A stretch of 64,000 bases of DNA, taken from Octopus sinensis (Eukaryota). The notes under the pieces were generated by a model. The model was not told where the DNA came from. It made no database searches and saw only the letters and a list, made by a program, of their open reading frames with translations. Position numbers and translations under genes: made by a program. The stretch spans positions 35,340,001-35,404,000 of the forward strand of contig NC_042998.1 in assembly GCF_006345805.1 (NCBI RefSeq), given 5' to 3'. This document shows positions 49,394-63,384 of this stretch, piece after piece (positions within the stretch are counted from its first letter, which is position 1; every line of letters begins with the position of its first letter).

Positions 49394-49812
49394 CGCAGGA
49401 GTGGCTGTGTGGTAAGTAGCTTGTTTACCAACCACATGGTTCCGGGTTCAGTCCCACTGCGTGGCACCTTGGGCAAGTGTCTTCTACTATAGCCTCGGGC
49501 CGACCAAAGCCTTGTGAGTGGATTTGGTAGACGGAAATTGAAAGAAGCCTGTCGTATATATGTAGATATATATATGCGTGCGTGTGTTTGTGTATCTGTG
49601 TTTGTCCCCCTAGCATTGCTTGACAACCGATGCTGGTGTGTTTATGTCCCCGTTACTTAGTGGTTCGGCAAAAGAGACCGATAGAATAAGTACTGGGCTT
49701 ACAAAAGAATAAGTCCCGGGGTCGAGTTGCTCGATTAAAGGCGGTGCTCCAGCATGGCCGCAGTCAAATGACTGAAACAAGTAAAAGAGTAAAGAGTAAA
49801 GAGTAAAGAGTA
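49394..49812 (+). mobile_element. Full-length SINE family B
   Basis: All modules present; (GAGTAAA)n tail. Confidence 0.9.
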
Positions 49813-50216
49813 AACCAAATAGACCAAAATTCGTTGATGGAAGCTAAAATAAAAATTCCAGTGTCTAGATCAAAACTAACATTCCGTCTTTTTAATCTGC
49901 CGTGAGTTTGTCTCTGTTTTTTTTTTATCTCATATTATAGACTAGACACATCTGTTATCTCTGTTGACTGTAACTATTTTTTTCTTCAGATGACCTATGG
50001 TGATCAGTTTACCCCAGCAAGATATGCATTTGCCTGTCAGTCCGCTCGTAAAACTTAATTTCATTTATCCTGCTACCGAACATAGTCGTTTAATAGTCAT
50101 TAAAATTCTTATCATAGCTGAAGAGATTTATTCGCCTTTACCCATCTATAATACATACATACATACGTTCTTTCAATTGGTGCCACATAGAAATATCTAT
50201 ATTTACCCATATATTC

Positions 50217-50248
<32 letters not shown>

Positions 50249-50468
50249 TGGTATATACATATAAGTATGTATATATAAATACACACACACACACACACAC
50301 ACACACGCATCAATATGAACATGTATGTATTTACACATTGGTATATCTTTACATATATATATATACACACACACTCTTATTTCTGTGTATAGACTTCGAT
50401 TTTTATCTGTCAAGCCTACCTACACTGCCTACTCTTGTGTGTGTGTGTGTGTGTGTTCCGCATGTACA

Positions 50469-50516
<48 letters not shown>

Positions 50517-50533
50517 CTATATATATATATATA

Positions 50534-50795
50534 CAGTGTACATTTAAACACATAAAAGTGACCATCATAGGACACCTAGCACGCTAGAAGGAGTAGCCAA
50601 AATCCAAACTACTATCAGGGATAAATTTCGGAGGGAATGAAAAATAATACTATGATCCAGGAGGTAGATGGTAAATGTTTTTATTTTTCCTTCTCTTCGA
50701 AATTTATCCCTAATAGTGGTTTGAATTTTGGCTACTCTTTCTAGCGTGCTAGGTGTTCTATGATGGTCATCTCACATGTGTTTAAATGTACACTG
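50534..50795. mobile_element. Tc1/mariner-type MITE (CAGTG...CACTG, TA flanks, ~100-bp arms)
   Basis: TA|CAGTGTACATTTAAACAC... and ...GTGTTTAAATGTACACTG|TA. Confidence 0.8.
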
Positions 50796-51117
50796 TATTT
50801 ATATGAATAATATATAGTCTAATGACTAGTTTTCTACATGCTAGGCCACTGGGCGCATAAAAAAATCTAAAATTTTTTCCTACCTTGATATTATCAATTC
50901 ATATACATTTATTAATTATATATATATTTATTAATTTATATATATATATATATGATATATATATATATATATATATATAGTTATGGTATATTCTATTAAG
51001 AACATAGTAGTGTACAGTATAAAGCGCGTCCAACTTCAGACTTACCTTGGGCTATCCAGTAGTAGCATTTATACCTCCTCCAGATTTGCGTTTGGGCATC
51101 AGTCGTGTGGGAAGAGA

Positions 51118-51650
51118 TAATTGAAAAAATTGGAGTCAACAAGAAGGAGTACGGTTGGACATTTATTTTTTAATCACTACAATTGTTTCCGCGCAACGCA
51201 GCTCTCCAGGTGAGCAGCTACTGGATTATGTAACTGCTTTCCTGCATTATGAGATCTAGTTGCGTTACAAAGAAATCAAATGCCAACCCTTTTAAACCGG
51301 CAACCACTTTAACAGTAGCAGATGCGCCCTCCCACAACATCTACTCATTCAAAGCAGTCTGCAAACGGCACTTCAGCAATGACACTCCCTGATAAACTCA
51401 GTGACTACTACAGAATTTAGGCCACGACAGACAGAGAGGATGTTATTAAAGCCGAGATTTTTAACATACGGAGACAGTATTTTACATATCGTCTGAGGAA
51501 ACACACCTAGATCTCATAATGCTGGGAAGCGGTTGCATAATCAAGCACCAGCACATCTGGAGAACTGCGTTACGTGGAAACAATTGTAGCGATTAAAAAA
51601 TAAATATCCAGCCGTACTCCATCTTGTTGACTCCAATTTTTCAATTATAT
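51118..51650. mobile_element. Foldback element with ~150-bp imperfect inverted arms
   Basis: ATTGAAAAAATTGGAGTCAACAAG...ATTATGAGATCTAG versus CTAGATCTCATAAT...CTTGTTGACTCCAATTTTTCAAT. Confidence 0.8.
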
Positions 51651-51779
51651 ATATAATGGACTCTCCCGTCGTTAGACGACGTATGAGGGTTCGACAATTT
51701 CTTACAGAACAACCACACAGATGATTTGTCTATAGTGATCAAATATTTGTGTAGACATAAGCACATTCCCTCTATCAAA

Positions 51780-51935
51780 TTGACATTACCTGTACAGGTG
51801 CAACTGGGTGCCACATGTCAGATGTCGAAACGATCTGCTTTGCTCAAGAACACAACGCAACACCCGGTCTGAGAATCGAACCCACGATCTCGCAATCACT
51901 AGTGCAACACCCTAACCACTTAGCCATGCGCCTTC
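51780..51935 (-). mobile_element. tRNA-headed SINE fragment
   Basis: Reverse complement of GCATGGCTAAGTGGTTAGGG...GGTTCGATTC...GTTCTTGAGCAA. Confidence 0.65.
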
Positions 51936-51954
51936 ACATACATACATACATACA

Positions 51955-51987
<33 letters not shown>

Positions 51988-52859
51988 TATCATATGTAGA
52001 AATATACAAACTGGGATAAGAACATAAAACATTTAGAAGACGATACAAAAAACACGGACGGGACATTCGAAGCCTTCAATCTTCAGTCAAGAACCGGATC
52101 ATCCTCACAATTTCGGCTGATTAATTTTGAGACCGATCCGATCCGGCCAGCCCCAAGGAAAAACTAAGCTACGAGCATTAGATTTATTGGAAAAAGGATC
52201 GAATGTATACGAAACAAGGACAGAAAAACGGACGATGCCACACGAATATAAATACAAAAAGCAATAATAGTAATAACAGGACAAAAACAGCGGGTGTCTT
52301 ACGACTTTAGACATTTCAACTTTAGCTTAGCTGGCGTATTTGGAAAAAAATGCCTTTTTCGGCAGACGAAGAAAACGATGTTCTCGTGGCGCTGGTCAGA
52401 AGCCGAAAGGCTGGTTGACCAACGGTCACGTGAGAGGAGAAGAGAGAGAAAAAAGGAGGCAAAGGAATCAAAGAGAGAGAGAAAAAGAGGGACGAAGGCA
52501 CCAAAGGGGGAGGAAGAAGAGAGAGAAAGAAGGAATTAAAGAGGGGAGAAGAAGGATTGGCTTGGCGACAGAATCAGTGAGGTGCAAAGTGAGAAAGACA
52601 GAGAAATGTGAGAGAGTGGGGGAAGAGGAGACCAAAGAATCAGAGGCAAGAAAAGAGAAAAGGAGGAGGAGAAGTAGAGAGAGAGAGAAAGAGACAGATC
52701 AAAGTAGAGTGCAAAGTGTGAAAGGCAGAGAAATGTAGGTGAGAGAGAGACAGTGTTATAGAGTCGTACCAAATTTGTGTGTATATATATATGTATGTAT
52801 GTATGTATGTATAAATATTTGCATGCGAGCGTGTGTGTCTGTACGCACGCGCCTTGTGT

Positions 52860-53050
52860 CACTCGCCGCCGCTTCACAATCGTTGTTAGTTTGTTTACGT
52901 CCCCGTAACTTAGCGGTTCGGTAAAAGAGACGGATAGAATAAGTACCGGGCATAAAAAGAATATAAGTACTAAGGTCGATTCGTTCGACTAAAATTCTGC
53001 AGGGCGGTGCCCCAGCATGACCGCAGCCTAAAGACTGAAATAAGTAAAAA
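52860..53050 (+). mobile_element. SINE family B 3' module
   Basis: CGTCCCCGTAACTTAGCGGTTCGG...GGCGGTGCCCCAGCATGACCGCAGCCTAAAGACTGAAAT. Confidence 0.75.
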
Positions 53051-53515
53051 AAAAAAAAACACCTATGAAGATGTACGTATATATCTATAATGTATCTATG
53101 ATGTATGTGTGTATGTATGTATGTTTGTATGTATGCATGTGTGTATGTATGTACGCATGTATGTATGTATGTATGTACGCATGTATGTATGTATGTATGT
53201 ATGTATGTATGTATATGAAATTAGGTGGCCAGAAATTCTATGATTGATTGATTCTTCTCACTTATTTTAGAATTACTTTTTCTGGACTGCTTCATTGTTT
53301 GTTTGTCTTTCAGTTAGTTTCTACTGGGAAGGAAGATCTATCTCTATTACATTAACCTCTGTTTTCCGTGTGTGAACTTCCCTCAAGACAGAAAACAGAT
53401 TACGTTGCTTTGTTCATATTTTGTCTGCCATTTATCTTTTTTAGCTTCTTTTTATTCTATGCCAGATATTTTGGTAGTTTCACAAAGTTAGTATCTTATT
53501 AATCTACACCGGCGA

Positions 53516-54260
53516 AAGGCGGCGAGCTGGCAGAATCGTTAGCACTCTGGGCGAAATACTTTGTCCCCTCTATGTTTAGCCCCTTGTGGGTAGTAAAGAA
53601 ATAGGTATTTCGTCTGCCGCTACGTTCTGAGTTCAAATTCCGCCGAGGTTGACTTTGCCTTTCATCCTTTCGGGGTCGATTAAATAAGTACCAGTTACGC
53701 ACTGGGGTCGATGTAATCGACTTAATCCGTGTGTCTGTCCTTGTTTTCCTCTCTGTGTTTAGCCCCTTGTAGGCAGTAAAGAAATAGGTATCTTATTAAT
53801 CTACACAGGCGAAAGGCGGCGAGCTGGCAGAATCGTTAGCACCCTGGGCGAAATGCTTAGCGGTATTTCGTCTGCCGTTACGTCCTGAGTTCAAATTCCG
53901 CCGAGATCGACTTTACCGTTCATCCTTTTGGGGTCGATAAATTAAATACCAGTTGCGTACTTAGGTCGATCTAATCGACTGGCTCCCTCCCCAAAAATTT
54001 CGGGCCTTGTGCCTAGAGTAGAAAAGAATCTACAGCGGCGAGCTGGCAGAATCTTTGGTACTCCGGACAAAATGCTTAACGGCATTTCGTCCGTCTTAAC
54101 GTTCTGCGTTCAAATTCCGCCGAGGTTGTCTGCTTTCATCCTTTTGGGGTCGGTAAAGTAATTACCAGTTGAGCACTGGGGGGGGGGGTCAATGTAATTA
54201 GCTTACCCCACCCCATTCCCCCCAAATTACCGACTTTGTGCCAAAATTTGAAACCGATAT
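53516..54260 (+). mobile_element. SINE family A cluster (3-4 units)
   Basis: Heads at ~53516, ~53814 and ~54034. The direct repeat TATCTTATTAATCTACAC(C/A)GGCGAA precedes the first two. Confidence 0.85.
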
Positions 54261-54329
54261 TTTATGCTAGTCTTATAATTACCAAAGTCCTCTGCCTTCT
54301 CGTTTTCCTAAAAACAATCAGTAACTTTG

Positions 54330-54720
54330 ATAGTCTTTTCCAATGATGCCTAATCATTTTAATTGAAGTTAAGAATATTACTAACTTATCACTCAGACAG
54401 CCCGTGGGTGGCCTTCAGCATAAAATATAAATCCTTTCTGACCTCTTTCATTACTGCATTTTGTATTCTATTCTTGCATTTTATCATTTTAACAAACTCT
54501 TTTATTGCTTAAGATTCCAGCTTTTTATTCACCTTGATGCCTTTATCTAAACCGAATGCCGCGCAAGTGTCTCTGCTAAACTTAAGCTCTATTACAAAGT
54601 TGTTCAGCTGTTTATTTTGTATGAGATTCAACTTTAGGATATCCTTATCAAAAGTGGTTTATTGTCATCCCATGGAACTTGCATCATCGACTTCTATGGT
54701 TTAGTATATCGACTAAAGGT
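54330..54720 (-). mobile_element. Heavily decayed R4-like RT fragment
   Basis: Minus-strand INHF..DILKL, FSRDTCAAFGLDK and MKEVRK resemble INHLLYMDDLKL, FS.DI.M.FGLDKC and MKEK.RKEY. Confidence 0.45.
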
Positions 54721-55583
54721 TTCAAGATAGACTGACTGATATATAACTCTTTATACGAATTAGTTTCGCCTTTATATTTCTGGACTTTTAGTCTGAGGTA
54801 TTAATCACCCTACAACTTTGTAAAATTTCCAGAATAGTTCCATAGTTAAGGTATATAAACCATATCGCCACTAAGTGTAAAGCATAAAGTATTAACTGTC
54901 TCAAGCTTCCTGTCGCTTCGTAAAAAACTGGAGCTCCAAATCAAAACACCATTGATATCAACAGCAATAACAAAAACAACAAAGAAGAAATTAACGCCAA
55001 TGACAGCTGAATCAGCAAAAAACAGAAGCAACAACAGAACACGCTGCTAAAAGACAATCTCTTCTGCTTCTCCTACAAATTGCTCTGAGGAATTCCCTAA
55101 AAACAAAACCAAAAAGTTATCGTGAAACTCACACTGACATGCCGTTGTCTTTGCTTTCCTTAAAAAATTTCATCTGGCGATGGAGTGAATATCTCCCTTT
55201 TTTTTTCCTTATAAATCATATCAATACATGCAGGAACCTTATGGATTATCTAAAACTCAGCTAAAATGTACGCAATCATCTACTAATATATAATCCTGTT
55301 GTGTTTTTTTCCGTCACAAAAGATGACTGACGATGACAAAGTGAACGGCGTCTGTGCGTGTATATGTATAGCGAATTGGCTACACACATTGGCTGTTATG
55401 ATAATGTGAATGTTTGTGTGTGTGTGCGTGTGTGTGTGTGTGTGTGTAAAATATATTAAAATAAAATATTTGAGTGAGTGTATATGTGTTTGCGTATGTT
55501 TATTTAGAAAGATACACAGAAAATATAATTACAGACACACGCGCATTTACACATACACATAAATGTATACACATGCACACACA

Positions 55584-55620
<37 letters not shown>

Positions 55621-55699
55621 TCACACAGAGTTTAAGTGCTGTTTGATTTACTAAAATGCTACAATTAGTCATCATTTTTGACGGCACGGGGCCAGCTAG

Positions 55700-55757
<58 letters not shown>

Positions 55758-55792
55758 TATGTGTGTGTGTATGTATGTACGTATGTATGTAC

Positions 55793-55827
<35 letters not shown>

Positions 55828-55829
55828 TG

Positions 55830-55870
<41 letters not shown>

Positions 55871-56320
55871 GATGGGACTTTATCGACGTAACAAAGTTAA
55901 GCATTAACTCTATTCAATCTCTTAACCCAGGAGAAAAGCCAGTTAGAACACTCATATAGGATTTGATCTAATTTAACATAGATTTAAACTCCCAATTTCC
56001 GATATGTACCGGGGTTAAGTAGAGGTCAGTCTACGAATAAACTTTACAGCCACATATCGCCCATCACTTCCCTTGGTATCTTAAACTAGCCACAAATAAA
56101 GAAATTAACTCAGTTCGCTTCGAACCACGCTTGTTGGAGGACCCTCAATGAAGATGCACAGAAGATATGCTGGGTTGCATGTGTAACTGCACATACGCTG
56201 TGCAGTAGAAACACGGGTCGGTCATTTTTACCAAATAATTATGCTGTACGACCAACTGTAAAACTAAAAGAAAGATTTGATGAACAGTCTCCGTGTTCTT
56301 TAGATCTTTGAGATCTACAC

Positions 56321-56368
<48 letters not shown>

Positions 56369-56371
56369 TAT

Positions 56372-56416
<45 letters not shown>

Positions 56417-58204
56417 TAGATATAGATAGATAGATAGAAATAGATAGATAGATAGATAGATAGATGAGATAGATAGATAAATAGATAATACATACTACAT
56501 AGATCATGATACATACATACATACATACATGACATACATCCATACATACATACATACATACATACATACATACATACATGTTTCTTTCAGCTTCCGTCTA
56601 CCAAATCCACTCAGAAGTCGACATAAGACTAAGGTTTCCTGCAGTGGGACTGAACCCGAAACCATGTGGTTGAGAAGCAAGCTTCTTACCACACAGCATT
56701 ATTTTAATTGCCAGTCTTCATTTAACTGCTATTAAATGTGTCTCAGCAAGTCAAAGCAAATATTTTCGTTCTTCCGAATGTGAAAACAATAAGAGAAAAA
56801 ACTCTGTGATTGAGCGACGGCGTTATCGTCAGCTGCAACCAGTTGAAAACGATAAGTGTATGAATATCTTTCAAATTGTGTTGATTTTTTCTTTAAAATT
56901 TTTTTATTTCAACGAAAACTTCAAAATTCTTCAGCTGTTAAAGTTTCCTTAACCTTATAGCTGTTCAGTATTCATTAAATATGTAAGCATGCCGCTTGGT
57001 ATCTTATAATCACTTAATTCAAATGACATTATTGATTCAAGAGCGACCGCTTACTAGAAAGCCATTTACGCTATTATTTAACGCTGAACTGTAGTTACTA
57101 TAATCTTTCCAATTACAATTTCCGCACGTACTAACTAATGTTATCAATTCTTTTCTCATTCATGCAAATAATTACTTCGCGTCATATTCACCTTGAACAA
57201 ATTACATCATGCAATCAAATTCGAAAACATTGTTTATTCGTCAATTCACACCGACACAACATTTTCCATCCCGATTCTTTGTTTACATGGCATCTTTGGC
57301 GATATCATCTCCACGGTAATGCTGTATCGTTTTAGTGAAATTATATTTATATTCAAATTTACTTCTGTTCACTTTAAACCTACATAATCTGTCTGCTTCA
57401 GATACGCTATACTCAATTCTTGGGGTTATTATTCTGCTCAGCATTTACAAAATACCATAAAAACAAATTAAAATTAGCCATCTTGACAGATGGTATATAT
57501 GTATGTATACACACACACACACACACACATATATATACACGTGCGAATGGTTGTATATATATATATATGTGTGTGTATACTTAATATACATATATACACA
57601 TATATGCGTGTGTAATATATATATATATATATTATATGTACATATATATATATATGTATATATACACATATATGCGTGTGTATATATATGTGTATATTAT
57701 ATATGTGTATATATATATATATATGTACATATATATATAATATATATGTATATATAACATATATGCGTTTGTATATATATGTATATATCTATATATATAC
57801 ATATATATATATATAATGTATATATACACATATATGCGTGTGTATATATATGTATAATCTATATATTTATATATTATATATATATATATATAATATATAT
57901 ATATGTCTTGTAGCTTTTTTTGATTATAATGACCCCATGGATTTATATGGATAACACCATACAGAATTCTGGTGCATCTAACTTAAGTACCTATTCTTTG
58001 AATATATTTATACTATATATATATATATATATATATATATCTTATATATATATATATATATGTATTGTCTGCGTGTTGTGTGTGTGTTGTGTGCATTTAC
58101 GTATATGCGTACGAATACATTTTCATCATAAAATCAGCTGCTTTCACTTCAAACTCAAACAAGATACTCTTCCTTGAATGCTCTCCCTCACTTATTCTCC
58201 ACTT

Positions 58205-58455
58205 TATATGAGAGCCGTCGCTCTCCTACCTTAACATAGCTCACGCAGATCACTCCCCGTGGCCTCCAGCCTCCGCAGCAATGGCTCAAGAGCCAGCACA
58301 TACAGGAGCGGGGACAGGGGGCAGCCCTGGTGAAATGAACGTTCGATTGCGAACGGCTTCGATGAGAAACCGTTCACCCAGACGATTGAATCGATGTCGC
58401 TATAGATAGCATTGATCCATCTGCTCTCCACGTCACAGCTTGGCACCAGTGACGT
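58205..58455 (-). mobile_element. Tx1/L1-clade RT fragment
   Basis: WINAIYSDIDSIVWVNGFSSKPFAIERSFHQGCPLSPLLYVLALEPLLRRL. Confidence 0.85.
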
Positions 58456-58464
58456 CACAGCTCA

Positions 58465-58595
58465 TTTCGACAGCTAAACAGGAGCAACGTGAAATAAATT
58501 GTCTTGCTCAAGAACATAACACACAGCCCGGTCCGGGAATTGAACCCACTACCTTATGACTCAAAGGCCGACGCTCTAACCACTGAGCCATGCGT
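58465..58595 (-). mobile_element. tRNA-headed SINE fragment abutting the Tx1 piece
   Basis: Reverse complement GCATGGCTCAGTGGTTAGAGCG...GGGTTCAATTCCC...TTCTTGAGCAAG. Confidence 0.7.
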
Positions 58596-58825
58596 CATCA
58601 TGTATATATACATAAATAAATGATTATTTCTACTCAAGGCAAAAGGCCTTGAAAATTATGGTCAGGAGAGGATAGTCGATTACATCGACCCCAGTGCATA
58701 ACTGGTACTTGTTTCATCGACCCCGAAAGTCGACCTCGGCGGAATTTGAACTATACATAAATAATATATACATACACATACAATTATATATATATACCTA
58801 TTCATATATTATATATACATATATA

Positions 58826-58878
<53 letters not shown>

Positions 58879-58904
58879 AGTGCATATGTATGTGGTTATA
58901 TCGT

Positions 58905-59277
58905 GGCACAACGTCGGTTACGACGACGAGGGCTCCAGTTGATCCGATCAATGGAACACTGCTCATGAAATTAACGTGCAAGTGGCCGAGCACTCCACGA
59001 CATGTATACCCTTAACTTAGTTCTCGGGGAGATTCAGCATGACACAGAGTGTGACAAGGCTGGCCCCTTTGAAATACAGGTACCACAGAAACAGGAAGAA
59101 AGAGTGAGAGAAAGCTGTGGTGAAAGAATAGAGCAGGGTTCGCCACCACCTGCTGCTAGAGCCTCGTGGAGCTTTAGGCGTTTTCGCTCAATAAACACTC
59201 ACAACGACCGGTCTGGGAATCGAAACTGCGATCCTACGACTGGTAATCCGCTCCCATACCCCTCGTCCATTGCGCCT
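58905..59277 (-). mobile_element. SINE family C
   Basis: Body and tail match the reverse complement of the 46354 copy. Confidence 0.85.
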
Positions 59278-59788
59278 ACACTTGTGTGTGTGTGTGTGTG
59301 TTGTGTGTGTGTGTGTGTTTGCGAATTATTAAAATGAAAATTATTCTTCATTTCGTTGTCTTTAGTTCTCATTTTTTTTTTGTTAAAGATATTTTATATT
59401 TCCTATTTTCTCTTTTTCTTTTTTTTAATCTTGTCTAAACATGAATTTTTTTCTGGATGAAATCGTTTTAATGATAGATTTTCGTTGCAATGTTATTGTA
59501 GACGAAAAGCATGTCGTGTTTGCTTCTCGTTTGTTTATCGCTGGGCTGGGAATATTCATGTCTGACGTCTTCAAGAACTACAGAATTAGGTTACTTATTT
59601 ATGTATGGTAGTTTTAGTGAATTTGTTGCAAAATTAGAACTCGTGCGTTTAACTGGCAGAATTATCAGGGCAGAGAATGGAGTGCTTTGCGTTATTTGTT
59701 CCAACTCACTACGTTCTAAGTTCGAATCCCACCGGAGTCAACTTTTTTTTTTTTTTTTTTGGATCGATGACTGGATTGATAAAATTGT

Positions 59789-60624
59789 GGATCTTTTCCT
59801 TTTGAACGGCACATGTCAACACAATTTCTAGTTAACTAAACACTTTTAAACTTTGGATACTGGTAGAATGTGTTTATAAAACATCATTTTTTCTTGGGCT
59901 TTATCGAGAAAATTCTATAGTTTGTAACATATTTCCACTTTAAAATCGAGCATTTCGGCAATTTTAACCAATCGCTCACCTCCATTTGGGGTGAAAACAT
60001 TCCGTGCTGTATGAATATGTCCCTCAGAAGCAGATTGGGTTTATTTACATTTGCAAAGAAAAAAAAGATACCCTTCCCCCCAACCCTAACCCTAACTCTA
60101 ACTAACCCTAAATCTAAAACAGATTGAAATGCAATAGATCGATACTAGGGTTATAATTATGGGTGACATTTTCATACGACACCGCTACGGAATTTGGGAT
60201 TTTTTCTAGCGGTGTCAAATGAAAATGTCACCCATAATTATAACCCTAGTATCGATCTATTGCATTTCAATCTGTTTTAGGGTTATGATTAGTTAGAGTT
60301 AGGGTTAGGGTTAGTTAGGGTTAGGGTTAGGGGTGGGGGAAGGGTATCTTTTTTTCTTTGCAAATGTAAATAAACCCAATCTGTTTCTGAGGGACATATT
60401 CATACAGCACGGAATCTTTTCATCCCAAATGGAGGTGAGCGATTGGTTAAAATTGCCGAAATGCTCGATTTTAAAGTGGAAATATGTTACAAACTATAGA
60501 ATTTTCTCGATAAAGCCAAGAAAAAATGATGTTTTATAAACACATTCTACTAGTATACGAAGTTTAAAAGTGTTTAGTTAACTAGAAATTGTGTTGAAAA
60601 CTGCCGTTCAAAAGGAAAAGATCC
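59789..60624. mobile_element. 836-bp foldback element with ~400-bp arms containing telomere-like repeats
   Basis: Termini GGATCTTTTCCTTTTGAACGGC / GCCGTTCAAAAGGAAAAGATCC. Loop 60188-60206. CCCTAA-like repeats at ~60082-60112 and TTAGGG-like repeats at ~60277-60332. Confidence 0.9.
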
Positions 60625-61400
60625 AAAATTTTTAGTGTCAGACTGGATACCTAGCGTTATATGTTTCCACTCTCAACTAAAAAGCTTGCCTCTACGTGGA
60701 GGCTTTATTTGCTAGAAATAAGTGAAATTTCCCTTAAATTTCATTCTACTGCTTTAAGCTAGAGTAATAAATCGAATCATGTGATCAGACGCATATTATG
60801 CCAGAGAGAAAAAAAAGAGGGGATGTTTACTGCTGAAGCTCAATATTCTAAGGCCTTCGTCAGTCAGATTTGAACCCGTATCAACAACAACCTGCTTAGC
60901 CTCGTTTTCGTATATTACATGTAGAAGTTATCCGAATGCCAAAAGCTACAACTGTTTACCGCGAGGCACCTCGTCAAATACTCTAACCGTCCTACTAATC
61001 AACTGCCCAGGTGCTAAACAAAAATCAAGATTAAATTCGTAAGTAGTAAAAATTATTTATCAGAAATGTTATAAGATACAAAGTACGTTTTTTAATTTTT
61101 CTGAAAGGCGAGATTCGTAATTTTCTATAATAAAAGATGTCCAAATATATATAAGCTATTTAAAAAAACAGTGAATTTTTAGATCGAAGGATAGATGGTA
61201 TTTATTTTATCTCCCAAAGCCAAAGAAACGTCATGTTTCCGAGTGATTTGTTCATAAAAAAACGAACTAAATTTATAGTTGGATAAAAAATGCCTCAACT
61301 AAGTGAAGAAAATAGCAAAATAAAATGTCTAGAAGCAACTCTATCTCATTGCAACAGAACGATAAGATTGTAACACACAGGCACATATATATATACGTAC

Positions 61401-61457
<57 letters not shown>

Positions 61458-62689
61458 ATACATACATACATACATAGCGCTTGTGTTGCTCGAACAGCAC
61501 ATTTGCATTTAGGTATTGAGTTGATGAAGTTATATGTGTGCGAGTTTCTACTACGATAGAAAAGGTTTTGAAAGACTTTTATTTTGTATTATAAAAAAAG
61601 CCAAATCTAACGTCTTTATGTGTACATATGTAGGCGTGTTAGTGTGAATGTATGTTTGTGGGCATGCGTGTGTTGTGTGTGAGAGAGAGAGAGAGAAAGA
61701 GAGATGGAATGTAAAAAAGAATTAATATTTGATTATGCCGTATATATTAATAGAATAAACTATTTGTGATAAAATATTTTTTTAAGTACTATGAAGATGT
61801 AAATCTTTAAAAATTCATAAGAAATAAATAGCACACCTCGGTGAATTCCTAAATGATCGGAAGAAATATTAAATGGTGGATATGCTGTAGCTAGGAATAC
61901 AATAGAAAACCAACAGTTGATTTGAACTCATAACCTATTGATCTCTTGTTGTCTTGTCACCTATTGTCATCTTGCTAATATTCTTTAATTCTTTAATCAG
62001 ATATAAAATCGATGTGTGGTTGGGACTACCCGATCGATATTAGTCTTCCTGATAATCTACGAGTTGGTTCGTCTTACATGGAATATATCTGATTTTTTAT
62101 TACCCACAAGGGGCGGTGCAGATGGGACATTACAAAACATTGGGGACATAGAACATTATAATTAGATTTATGAAGAATGAATTATTAAATGAAAAAATGA
62201 TAATATGAAAGCGATGCTAAAGGCCCCATCCGTTAGCATCACTTACCTGTCCTTTGGTTTTCGCTTTCACTTAAATGTTCATTCCCAATAATAAAACCGT
62301 TCTTCTTTATTCTTACTTCAAAACTACATGGAATATATCAGCGTCATGTCTCGTCTCCTTCTCTTTTCTATGACCCTTATAATGGCGACTACACGGCACA
62401 TTTGGCTGGTCTTGTGTCGACTTACTCATCTCTCTCCAACCCGCCCTCTCATATCTTTCTCGAAGTAGTTGTGAACGCTGTGGGTACCGTCCCCCTCTTC
62501 CAGACCCGGCAAATATGTATATGTGAGTGCGTGTGTACGTGTATATATATATACAGATTTTTACTAATATGTCACATTTTTATAAATCATATATTAGCGC
62601 TTGCATCTACTCTAGTAGATTCTTCAGATTTGAATTTTTTTAGGTGATTCGTCTCTTTTTATAGTATTGTTGAGTGTAAAGGGCTGGAT

Positions 62690-62848
62690 ATATATATATA
62701 TAATATATATATATATATAATATATACATATATAGATATACATACATATATATATATATATATACATATATAGATATATACATACATATATATATATATA
62801 TAATATATATATAGATACATATATGCATATATATACATATATATATAC

Positions 62849-62902
<54 letters not shown>

Positions 62903-62985
62903 TATACATATATATATATATACATACATATATGCATATATATATACATATACATATAGATACATATATGCATAGATATACATAC

Positions 62986-63051
<66 letters not shown>

Positions 63052-63068
63052 ATGTATATATATATACA
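62690..63068. repeat. (TA)n/(TACA)n microsatellite
   Basis: Direct reading. Confidence 0.95.
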
Positions 63069-63073
63069 TTACG

Positions 63074-63378
63074 GGATCTTTTCCTTTGAACGGCAGTTTG
63101 TAACATAATTTCTAGGTAACTAAAAAGTTTTAAACTTCGTATACTGTTAGAATGTGTTTATAAAACATCATTTTCTCTTGGCTTTATTGAGAAAATTCTA
63201 TAGATTGTAACATATTTCGTCTTTAATTTCTTGCATTTCGGCAATTTTAACCAATCACTGGCGTCCATTTAGGTAAACAACATTCTGTGCCGCATGAATA
63301 TGTCCCTCCTTCAAGAAACAGATTGGGTTTATTTACATTTGTGAAGAAAAAAAGATACCCTTCCCCCACCCCTAACTT
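63074..63378 (+). mobile_element. Single arm of the 59789 foldback family
   Basis: GGATCTTTTCCTTTGAACGGC...AAAGATACCCTTCCCCCACCCCTAAC; truncated at the telomere-like tract. Confidence 0.85.
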
Positions 63379-63384
63379 CTAGCG

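Noticed and set aside
52294-52738. Lys/Arg/Glu-rich ORFs
   Set aside because: Purine-rich (GA)-type low-complexity DNA, not a supported coding region.
60277-60332. TTAGGG repeats as a true telomere or fusion site
   Set aside because: Short, degenerate and mirrored inside a foldback element that has a second copy nearby.
62420-62515. Minus-strand GC-richer stretch ending in a GTAAGT donor-like site
   Set aside because: No acceptor or start context and no recognisable peptide.
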